This document shows positions 55,022 to 61,906 of a stretch of DNA of 61,906 nt, piece by piece. The stretch is taken from positions 1 to 61,906 of the forward strand of contig JBLHWZ010000003.1 of assembly GCA_047629415.1 (NCBI GenBank), read 5' to 3'. The translations under genes were made by a program, and so were the position numbers. The DNA comes from Bradymonadia bacterium (GTDB lineage: Bacteria > Myxococcota_A > Bradymonadia > REDH01). The notes below the pieces were generated by a model. It was not told the origin of the DNA. It saw only the letters and a program-made list of their open reading frames with translations, and did not search any database. Each line of letters starts with the position of its first letter. Within the stretch, counting starts at the first letter, position 1.

Positions 55022-55387
55022 ATGGCTAAAACATCCAAGAAATTACTTGCATGGAAGCGGCGTAAGCGTCGAGTCCGAGTCAAGATCTCCGGCACAATCG
55101 GGCGCCCTCGGCTCACCGTTTTCCGAAGCGCGAAGCACATGTACGCGCAGGTTGTTGACGATGTGGCTGGGACTACCCTTGCGACAGCGTCGACCCTTGA
55201 TAAGGATTTCGGCGACAAGGCAGACTCGAAGAAGGATGCCGCCGCTCGCGTCGGTACGCTTGTCGCTGAACGCTGTAAGGCAGCGAACGTCGATAAGGTT
55301 GTCTTCGACCGGAACGGTTATCTCTACACCAGTGGTCGAGTGAACGCGTTGGCATCAGCCGCGCGTGAAGCTGGCCTGCAGTTCTAA
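55022..55387 (+). CDS. rplR: 50S ribosomal protein L18
   Basis: [20 protein letters not shown] and [26 protein letters not shown] are present. Confidence 0.97.
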   Translation: MAKTSKKLLAWKRRKRRVRVKISGTIGRPRLTVFRSAKHMYAQVVDDVAGTTLATASTLDKDFGDKADSKKDAAARVGTLVAERCKAANVDKVVFDRNGYLYTSGRVNALASAAREAGLQF

Positions 55388-55396
55388 GAGCACCTC

Positions 55397-55903
55397 ATGA
55401 TGAATCGATCGGGCAACCGACGGAACCAAGAGTCCGAGTTCACCGACAAGGTTGTGCACATCAACCGCGTTGCGAAGGTCGTCAAAGGCGGCCGCCGGTT
55501 CTCGTTCAGCGCCATTGTGGTGGTGGGCGACGAAAAGGGCAAAGTTGGCGTCGGACACGGCAAGGCCAACGAGGTCCCTGAAGCGATCCGCAAGGGCAAC
55601 GAGCGCGCTCAGAAGGCCATGCAGGAGATACCCATCATTGATGGAACAATCCCTCATGAAATTATTGGGCGCTTCGGCTCCGGTAAGGTCCTCCTCAAGC
55701 CCGCTGGACCGGGTACTGGCGTTATTGCCGGTGGTCCCGTTCGCGCGGTGATTGAGGCGGCTGGAATCAAGAACATTCTCACCAAGTCACTCGGCTCGAA
55801 TAACCCGCACAATATGGTCTACGCGACCATCGCGGGGCTCGAGAGCCTGCAAAGCCCTGCCGCAATCGCGGAGAAGCGTGGCAAGGCAACCGACGAGCTC
55901 TAG
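55397..55903 (+). CDS. rpsE: 30S ribosomal protein S5
   Basis: [40 protein letters not shown] is present. Confidence 0.98.
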   Translation: MMNRSGNRRNQESEFTDKVVHINRVAKVVKGGRRFSFSAIVVVGDEKGKVGVGHGKANEVPEAIRKGNERAQKAMQEIPIIDGTIPHEIIGRFGSGKVLLKPAGPGTGVIAGGPVRAVIEAAGIKNILTKSLGSNNPHNMVYATIAGLESLQSPAAIAEKRGKATDEL

Positions 55904-55911
55904 GAAGACTG

Positions 55912-56097
55912 ATGGCGAAAGTACAAGTACAGCTTACTCGCAGCCCAATTGGCCGCTCGGGATCGCAGAAGGCGACTCTCGGTGCGCTAGGGCTCCGCAG
56001 AATGAACCAGACCGTTGAACACAACGATACGGCTGGTTTCCGCGGACAAATTGATAAAGTGAAGCACCTCGTGACCTGTACGGTCATCGAGGGCTAA
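55912..56097 (+). CDS. rpmD: 50S ribosomal protein L30
   Basis: The 61-aa protein contains QLTRSPIGRSGSQKATLGALGLRRMNQTV. Confidence 0.95.
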   Translation: MAKVQVQLTRSPIGRSGSQKATLGALGLRRMNQTVEHNDTAGFRGQIDKVKHLVTCTVIEG

Positions 56098-56126
56098 ATC
56101 GGGCTCTCGCCCGCTAGGAGTAACGA

Positions 56127-56576
56127 ATGGGACTTCACAATCTGAAACCCGCCGTTGGCGCGTACAAAAATGCCAAGCGCAAGGGCCGTGGCCCAGCGAG
56201 TGGCAATGGCAAAACTGCCGGCAAGGGTCACAAGGGCCGTAAGGCCCGTTCGGGCGGTACAGTACCGGTCGGTTTCGAGGGCGGTCAGACGCCTATGTAT
56301 CGACGACTTCCGAAGCGTGGCTTCCGGAACACTCGGTTCGAGACGACTTGGCAGATTGTGAACCTGGTCGACCTCGAAGGGATCGCTGCAGACCAAGTGG
56401 TTGATCACGCGTTCCTTGTCGAATCGGGACGGCTTAAGCTTGATCGCGCCGCTGCTGGACTCAAAGTTCTGGCTAATGGTGAGCTCAGCACAGGTCTTAC
56501 CATTAAGGCGATGAAGTTCTCGAAGTCGGCTTTGGCTAAAATCGAGGCAGCTGGCGGCACCGCCGAGGTAATCTAG
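56127..56576 (+). CDS. rplO: 50S ribosomal protein L15
   Basis: L..LKPA.GA.K..KR.GRG..SG.GKT.GKGHKG...RSG is present. Confidence 0.97.
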   Translation: MGLHNLKPAVGAYKNAKRKGRGPASGNGKTAGKGHKGRKARSGGTVPVGFEGGQTPMYRRLPKRGFRNTRFETTWQIVNLVDLEGIAADQVVDHAFLVESGRLKLDRAAAGLKVLANGELSTGLTIKAMKFSKSALAKIEAAGGTAEVI

Positions 56577-57904
56577 TGGCAAGCACCCTCGCCAACATCG
56601 GCAAGATTCCCGAGCTCCGCAACCGGGTTCTCTTCACGCTTGGAATGCTAGCCGTCTATCGGCTCGGCATCTTTGTGACGACCCCGGGTGTTGACCGGTC
56701 GGTCATGTCGCAGGTGGTTTCAGGCGGAGGAGGTTTCCTAAGCCTGTTCAACCTGTTCTCAGGCGGGGCGCTCGAGCAAAGCTCGATCTTCGCGCTTGGG
56801 ATCATGCCGTACATTTCGGCGTCGATTATCCTCCAGCTACTTGCTGTGGTGGTGCCGACTCTCGAGCGGCTGAAGAAGGAGGGTGAGTCCGGTCAGAAGA
56901 AGATCAACCAGTACACTCGGTACGGGACGGTACTTCTCTCGCTGATTCAGGGCACATTCATGGCCCTGACGCTCGAGAACTGGAACGACACCAACCCCGG
57001 CCTCGTCGACGGTGACGGCGGTCCTATGTTCCGCTTCATGACCGTACTTGCGCTCACAACAGGCACCGCGTTCCTGATGTGGCTCGGTGAGCAAATCACT
57101 GAAGCTGGGATTGGGAACGGGATCAGTCTGATCATCTTCGCCGGCATCGTGGTTGGCTTCCCTGCTGGCGTGCTCAACACCCTGCAGCAAGCGTCGAGTG
57201 GCGAGTTGAGCGTCATGCAGGGAGTTCTCCTTGTCTTGCTCCTCGTCCTGATTGTCGGCGGCATCGTGTACATGGAGCTCGCGCAGCGTCGGATTCCCGT
57301 ACAATACGCGAAACGCACGGTGGGTAGAAAAGTCTACAGTGGTAAGTCTTCGTACTTGCCCCTGAAGCTCAACACCGCAGGTGTTATCCCTCCAATCTTT
57401 GCCTCTTCGCTGCTTCTCTTTCCAACGACGGTCGCAAACTACTTCGCTGACCAGGCTTGGGCGGCGTCGTTGATGCGAATGTTTAATCCGATGGATTGGC
57501 GATATAATGTCGTCTACATCTTACTCATCGTCTTCTTCACCTACTTCTACACGGCCGTGACGTTCAATCCGGTCGACGTAGCGGACAACATGAAGCGCTC
57601 CGGCAGCTTTGTGCCTGGCTACAGGCCAGGGAAGAAGACAGCTGAATACATTGACTACGTTCTGACTCGGATAACGACAGGCGGTGCGCTATACCTGTCG
57701 GCCGTCTGTGTCTTGCCTGTCTTCGTTCAGCAGTGGTTCCCGGTCAGCTTCTACTATGGAGGCACGGGCTTGCTGATTGTTGTCAGCGTAGGCCTGCAGA
57801 CCGTACAGGAAATAGAAGGTCATCTGATTACCCGTCATTATGAGGGTATCACCGGTGCTAAGACCTCGCGTATCCGCGACCGTGTAGGCGGCGCAGAAGA
57901 GTAG
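56576..57904 (+). CDS. secY: preprotein translocase subunit SecY
   Basis: The GTG start overlaps the rplO stop by 1 nt. The 442-aa, 10-TM protein contains [22 protein letters not shown] and [15 protein letters not shown]. Confidence 0.97.
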   Translation: MASTLANIGKIPELRNRVLFTLGMLAVYRLGIFVTTPGVDRSVMSQVVSGGGGFLSLFNLFSGGALEQSSIFALGIMPYISASIILQLLAVVVPTLERLKKEGESGQKKINQYTRYGTVLLSLIQGTFMALTLENWNDTNPGLVDGDGGPMFRFMTVLALTTGTAFLMWLGEQITEAGIGNGISLIIFAGIVVGFPAGVLNTLQQASSGELSVMQGVLLVLLLVLIVGGIVYMELAQRRIPVQYAKRTVGRKVYSGKSSYLPLKLNTAGVIPPIFASSLLLFPTTVANYFADQAWAASLMRMFNPMDWRYNVVYILLIVFFTYFYTAVTFNPVDVADNMKRSGSFVPGYRPGKKTAEYIDYVLTRITTGGALYLSAVCVLPVFVQQWFPVSFYYGGTGLLIVVSVGLQTVQEIEGHLITRHYEGITGAKTSRIRDRVGGAEE

Positions 57905-58012
57905 TTTGACGCGAGGATCTTCTCGCAGAAATCAAGAGTTGCACGGCGGCAGACCCCAAGCTATAGGGGACCGCCCTTCAGCCGGGAATCCCGGCCCCCG
58001 CAGGAAATTAAG

Positions 58013-58126
58013 ATGAAAGTCCGACCCTCGGTAAAGCGCATTTGCGACAAGTGCCGCGTCATCCGGCGCAAAGGAATTGTCCGAGTGATTTGCGAGAACC
58101 CGCGTCACAAACAACGTCAGGGTTAA
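58013..58126 (+). CDS. rpmJ: 50S ribosomal protein L36
   Basis: This gene is not in the ORF track because it is under 60 aa. My manual translation is [37 protein letters not shown], with the stop TAA at 58124-58126. Confidence 0.95.
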   Translation: MKVRPSVKRICDKCRVIRRKGIVRVICENPRHKQRQG

Positions 58127-58137
58127 AGGAGTAAAGT

Positions 58138-58509
58138 ATGGCACGTATTGCAGGTGTCGACCTCCCCGCTCGTAAACGAGTGGTTATCGGTCTGACCTAC
58201 ATTTTTGGAGTTGGTCGTAGGGTCTCGGAAGAGATTCTCGCGAAAGCCAACATCGACTTCGACGTTCGCACCTCGGATCTTACCGAGGGCGAAGTCCGGC
58301 GCATCCGCCAGATCATTGAGGCAGACTACAAGGTGGAGGGAGATCTCCGCCGTGAGCGTGCCCTCGACGTGAAGCGCTTGATGGACCTTGGTTGCTACCG
58401 AGGACTTCGTCACCGACGCAGCCTACCGGCGCGCGGTCAACGAACGCGCACCAACGCTCGTACCCGAAAGGGACCACGTCGCGCGGCTGTTAAGAAGAAG
58501 AAGCGCTAA
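58138..58509 (+). CDS. rpsM: 30S ribosomal protein S13
   Basis: [26 protein letters not shown] is present. Confidence 0.98.
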   Translation: MARIAGVDLPARKRVVIGLTYIFGVGRRVSEEILAKANIDFDVRTSDLTEGEVRRIRQIIEADYKVEGDLRRERALDVKRLMDLGCYRGLRHRRSLPARGQRTRTNARTRKGPRRAAVKKKKR

Positions 58510-58545
58510 TACCGACTGTCCTCAACGGGACACACAGGAGACACA

Positions 58546-58932
58546 ATGTCTACTCAGCGATCGAATAAGAAGCGCGTCAAAAAGAACATCCAAAGTGGTG
58601 TTGCGCATATTACTTCAACGTTCAACAACACGGTCATCACGATCACGGACGTGCAAGGTAACGTGATTTCTTGGTCCAGTGCAGGTGCGCGTGGATTCAA
58701 GAACTCTCGTAAGAGCACGCCGTTTGCTGCTCAAGTCGCGGCAAGCGATGCAGCTGCAAAGGCGATGGAGCATGGCCTGAAGACCGTTCAGGTCTTCATG
58801 AAAGGCCCTGGTTCGGGGCGTGAGTCTGCGCTGCGTGCGCTGGCTTCCGCTGGGCTGAAGGTCTCGCTCATTCGAGACGTCACGCCCATCCCGCACAACG
58901 GGTGCCGTCCGCCGAAGCGTCGTCGGGTCTAA
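58546..58932 (+). CDS. rpsK: 30S ribosomal protein S11
   Basis: [20 protein letters not shown] and [18 protein letters not shown] are present. Confidence 0.98.
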   Translation: MSTQRSNKKRVKKNIQSGVAHITSTFNNTVITITDVQGNVISWSSAGARGFKNSRKSTPFAAQVAASDAAAKAMEHGLKTVQVFMKGPGSGRESALRALASAGLKVSLIRDVTPIPHNGCRPPKRRRV

Positions 58933-59040
58933 CCCACGGACCTTCATCGCTTTTGGCCACCCGGTGCTCTTCACGGAGTGGCCGGGTCACGACTTTAGAG
59001 TACCCCCGCATTCGCGGGTCCCTTTTCGGAGCAGAACAAG

Positions 59041-60060
59041 ATGGAAACCATCTGGAAGAACTGGCGCGACCTTATTAAGCCGCGCGACGTTCGCATTGAG
59101 CCGAGCTCACGGACAGAGTCCTACGCTCGGTTCCTCGCGGAGCCGCTGGAGCGTGGCTTTGGGCAGACGATCGGCAACTCGCTTCGCCGCGTATTGCTCT
59201 CCTCGCTGCAAGGCGCGGCCGTAACCGCTGTTAAGGTGGAAGGTGCGCTGCACGAGTTCCAGACGCTCGACGACGTCCGAGAGGACGTGAGCGACATCAT
59301 TCTCAATCTGAAAGACCTGCGACTCCGCTCCACCACCGTAGAGGAGCAAATCCTTTCGTTGGATGTTGAGGGGCCGGCAACGGTCGTCGCCGCAGACATC
59401 GCGACGAGCGGACATGTCGAAGTTCTGAACCCGGACGCGCTCATTGCGACGGTTTCGGACGGTGGGCGTCTTCAGTTGGAGATGCGGGTTAATGTCGGCA
59501 AGGGCTACGTCTCTGCTGAGCAGAATCAGAATGAGGAGTGGCCGGTAGGCTGGATCCCGATCGATTCGCTCTTTTCTCCTATAAAGAAGGTGAACTTCAA
59601 CGTGACCTCGTCGCGTGTTGGTTCACACACTGATTACGATCGCCTCTCACTTGAGGTTTGGTCGGACGGTTCGGTAGTGCCTGAGGATGGCGTGGCTTAC
59701 GCTGCAAAGATCATCAAGGACCAGATGTCGGTATTCATCAACTTCAACGAGGCATCCGAGCCTGCGCCGGTCGCGGCACGTGAAGTTGTCGAAGAGTTCA
59801 ACGAGCATCTGCTTCGAACTGTCGACGAATTGGAGCTTTCGGTACGGTCCGCGAACTGCTTGCAGAACGCCAACATTCGCTTCATTGGTGAGCTAGTACA
59901 GCGCACTGAAGCGGAGATGCTGAAGACGAAGAACTTCGGCCGTAAGTCGCTCAAAGAGATCAAAGAAATCCTCGCCGAGATGGGACTCTCGCTCGGCATG
60001 AAGCTTGATGGCTGGCCCCCTAAGGAACTGCGCGACGCGCAGGAAGCCGCCGCCAATTGA
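59041..60060 (+). CDS. rpoA: DNA-directed RNA polymerase subunit alpha
   Basis: [31 protein letters not shown] is present, along with the C-terminal domain [20 protein letters not shown]. The gene follows rpsK directly, with no rpsD between them. Confidence 0.98.
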   Translation: METIWKNWRDLIKPRDVRIEPSSRTESYARFLAEPLERGFGQTIGNSLRRVLLSSLQGAAVTAVKVEGALHEFQTLDDVREDVSDIILNLKDLRLRSTTVEEQILSLDVEGPATVVAADIATSGHVEVLNPDALIATVSDGGRLQLEMRVNVGKGYVSAEQNQNEEWPVGWIPIDSLFSPIKKVNFNVTSSRVGSHTDYDRLSLEVWSDGSVVPEDGVAYAAKIIKDQMSVFINFNEASEPAPVAAREVVEEFNEHLLRTVDELELSVRSANCLQNANIRFIGELVQRTEAEMLKTKNFGRKSLKEIKEILAEMGLSLGMKLDGWPPKELRDAQEAAAN

Positions 60061-60100
60061 TTGCGGTTCGTCGAGAGACGAACGCATACAGGAGAAACCG

Positions 60101-60529
60101 ATGAGACACCGCAAATCAGGCCGCAAGCTCAACAAGAAGCCGGCGCACCGTAAGGCGATGTTCGCCAATATGGCGACGTCACTCTTTGAGCACGAGCGCA
60201 TTCAGACAACGACGCCGAAGGCGAAGGAACTTCGCTCCGTCGCAGAGAAGCTCATCACGCTCGCAAAGCGTGGCGATCTTCACGCTCGACGGCAGGCTGC
60301 TCGGATCGTGAAAGATCCGGTAATGCTAACGAAGCTTTTTAGCGACTTAGCCACCCGCTTCGAGGAACGACCCGGCGGATACACTCGCGTCCTGCATATT
60401 GGGAAGCGTCGCGGCGATAATGCGCCGATGTCCATCATCGAATTGGTCGGGGCGCCTGAGGCTTCGGTTGAAGAGTATGTCGAGGACGACGTCGCTGCTG
60501 ACGATGTTGGCGAGGACGCAGAAGAGTAG
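60101..60529 (+). CDS. rplQ: 50S ribosomal protein L17, with acidic C-terminal tail
   Basis: [28 protein letters not shown] is present, with AGGAG 6 nt upstream. The track start 60005 overlaps the rpoA end. Confidence 0.97.
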   Translation: MRHRKSGRKLNKKPAHRKAMFANMATSLFEHERIQTTTPKAKELRSVAEKLITLAKRGDLHARRQAARIVKDPVMLTKLFSDLATRFEERPGGYTRVLHIGKRRGDNAPMSIIELVGAPEASVEEYVEDDVAADDVGEDAEE

Positions 60530-60531
60530 AG

Positions 60532-60939
60532 ATGAGTCTGACTCGTCGGCCCGAAGGGCGCGTATGGCTGGTCTACAGTCTCGCGCCGTTTGTGCTTTTT
60601 GCGCTCCTTGTCGCCTGTGGCGGGCCGCAGGATCAGGTCACGAGTGGAAGCGCGTTCATCGTGCTTCACGGTGCTCAGGACAGGTCGCGCGTTCGCATCG
60701 ACGGCGTTGAGCGCGTCACGGTGGGTCGAACGAACGGCGCGTACCTCATCCAGGCGGGGCACAGGCGGCTAGAGGTCAGTACCGAGCGTCATCTCCCGTT
60801 CCTGCTGGATCTCGTCCTTCGTGCTGGAGAGACGTACGATGTAAGAGTGCAACTCTGGCCCTGCTTTCCGGAGTTGGACGATGGGTGTTGGGAGGAACCG
60901 GAGGGCGTGCTGGAACAACTCCCGAGTGGGAGCCTCTAG
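60532..60939 (+). CDS. PEGA-like lipoprotein appended to the ribosomal operon
   Basis: The ATG lies 2 nt after the rplQ stop. The signal plus lipobox is LAPFVLFALLVAC. The motif IDGVERVTVGRTNGAYLIQAGHRRLEV...LVLRAGETYDVRVQL is PEGA-like. Confidence 0.55.
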   Translation: MSLTRRPEGRVWLVYSLAPFVLFALLVACGGPQDQVTSGSAFIVLHGAQDRSRVRIDGVERVTVGRTNGAYLIQAGHRRLEVSTERHLPFLLDLVLRAGETYDVRVQLWPCFPELDDGCWEEPEGVLEQLPSGSL

Positions 60940-61575
60940 GACGGGCGTATAGTCGCGATGGAAGTCGCGACGTGTTTCGGTTGGGGGATCGCACTTCGTG
61001 AGCACCATCTCACAGTAACTGTCGACAACGACTGTGTCCCACACACCGTAGGAGCAGCGCGATGGCCGATCCAAGGATACGAAAGCAGTCAGATTCCCCC
61101 GTACGGGCGAGTGTCACCGAGCCGAGGATGAGCCGCGCTGCGGCGCGTCGTCGGAAACGAAGTCCGTTTGATGCTCTGCTGGCCGTGTCACCGGGTCGAC
61201 CGCCGCTACACTCGTCGGCGCTTACTTCGGACTCGCAGGTTGGGCACTACGAGCCAATCCGTGAAGTCGGGCCTGTCTCGCGTCCCGCTTCCACGTCGAG
61301 CCCAGCTTGTACGGGCTTGCAAAAGTCTGTCGCGATCGTGAGTGTGCCCGGAGTGCTCGAAGCGTCGATCGAGGTGCGAGCCGGCTGTCTCACTCGGGTT
61401 ACTGCGTGCGTGTTGGATGTGGGGCTTGCCACACAGGGGTTAACTCACGGACTATCAGGTAGGGGTTGGAAGGTTGAGGTGAGAACTTCAGGTGGCTCCG
61501 AGCGAGACAGAAACTCAAGGGACGAACGGCAACGTGAGAGAGGACCAGAGAATCGCGAGCGAGTGGAGCGCAAGG

Positions 61576-61906
61576 ATGTATGAGATTCTCTTTGCGGAGC
61601 GGCCCACGCATCAGTCGAGTCCGGCTGCCTTTGCACCGGGGTCGGGGAGTCTGTCCTTTCAGGTCGCTGCACCGAACGGCTGCTCGGCGCGTTTGTCAGT
61701 GCTGACGCCACGCGTCATGGGTGAGGCCGAGACCGCGGCACGATTGAGCAGTGGGGCGACAGGGCTTGCGCTGGCGCCGATTCGGGTCTTTCCGGTCGGC
61801 CTCACATCTGGAGGTGCCGAGCATGCGCAGGCCTATGGAGTCGACGGCGCCGTGGTGCTTACCTTCGATTCGCCCTGGGTTAGAGCAATGCCTGCTCCGC
61901 CGCCGG
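61576..61906 (+). CDS. possible 5' part of an unidentified gene running off the window
   Basis: My manual translation from the ATG at 61576 (MYEILFAERPTHQSSPAAFAPGSGSLSFQVAAPNG...) stays open to the window end (110 codons). It is absent from the ORF track because it has no stop, and I recognised no family. Confidence 0.3.
   Translation, partial: MYEILFAERPTHQSSPAAFAPGSGSLSFQVAAPNGCSARLSVLTPRVMGEAETAARLSSGATGLALAPIRVFPVGLTSGGAEHAQAYGVDGAVVLTFDSPWVRAMPAPPP

Noticed and set aside
61062-61583. 173-aa plus-strand ORF and the overlapping 60769-61074 minus-strand ORF downstream of the ribosomal operon.
   Set aside because: The first has an Arg/Ser-rich tail with charged low complexity (ERDRNSRDERQRERGPENRERVERK). 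Neither has an SD or a recognisable motif, and they mutually overlap neighbouring ORFs. The region 60940-61575 is left unannotated.

Overview
This is a 61.9-kb high-GC bacterial chromosomal window. Several markers point to Myxococcota or an allied predatory 'delta' lineage: a MYXO-CTERM-like sorting tail, MopE-type Cys/Asp repeats, an AgmX/PglI-C-like domain, dense lipobox proteins and Hanks kinase/FHA signalling. The left ~43.5 kb is accessory-looking and dominated by secreted or lipoprotein genes. It holds a four-FHA ABCG-type transporter flanked by a Ser/Thr kinase and a PP2C phosphatase. It also holds a ~15-16-unit CGGC-type Cys-repeat lipoprotein followed by a ~2060-aa protein with five PA14 domains, a propeller and MopE repeats. 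Further right are an 1868-aa TPR protein translationally coupled to a PpsR-like regulator, a 17-unit four-Cys repeat lipoprotein encoded by 75-bp tandem DNA repeats, a tandem-duplicated (four CxxCH) DUF1111-type di-haem protein, an ABCB-type exporter, a neutral-ceramidase-like lipoprotein and an RCC1-repeat lipoprotein. The right ~17 kb (43.6-60.5 kb) is the str-S10-spc-alpha ribosomal super-operon with 30 genes from rpsL to rplQ. It is intact except that rplC and rpsD are absent from their near-universal positions. I recognised no rRNA, tRNA, CRISPR array, transposase or integrase. Many long ORF-track entries are antisense artefacts of high-GC coding DNA. All domain calls come from motif recognition by eye and nothing was searched against a database.
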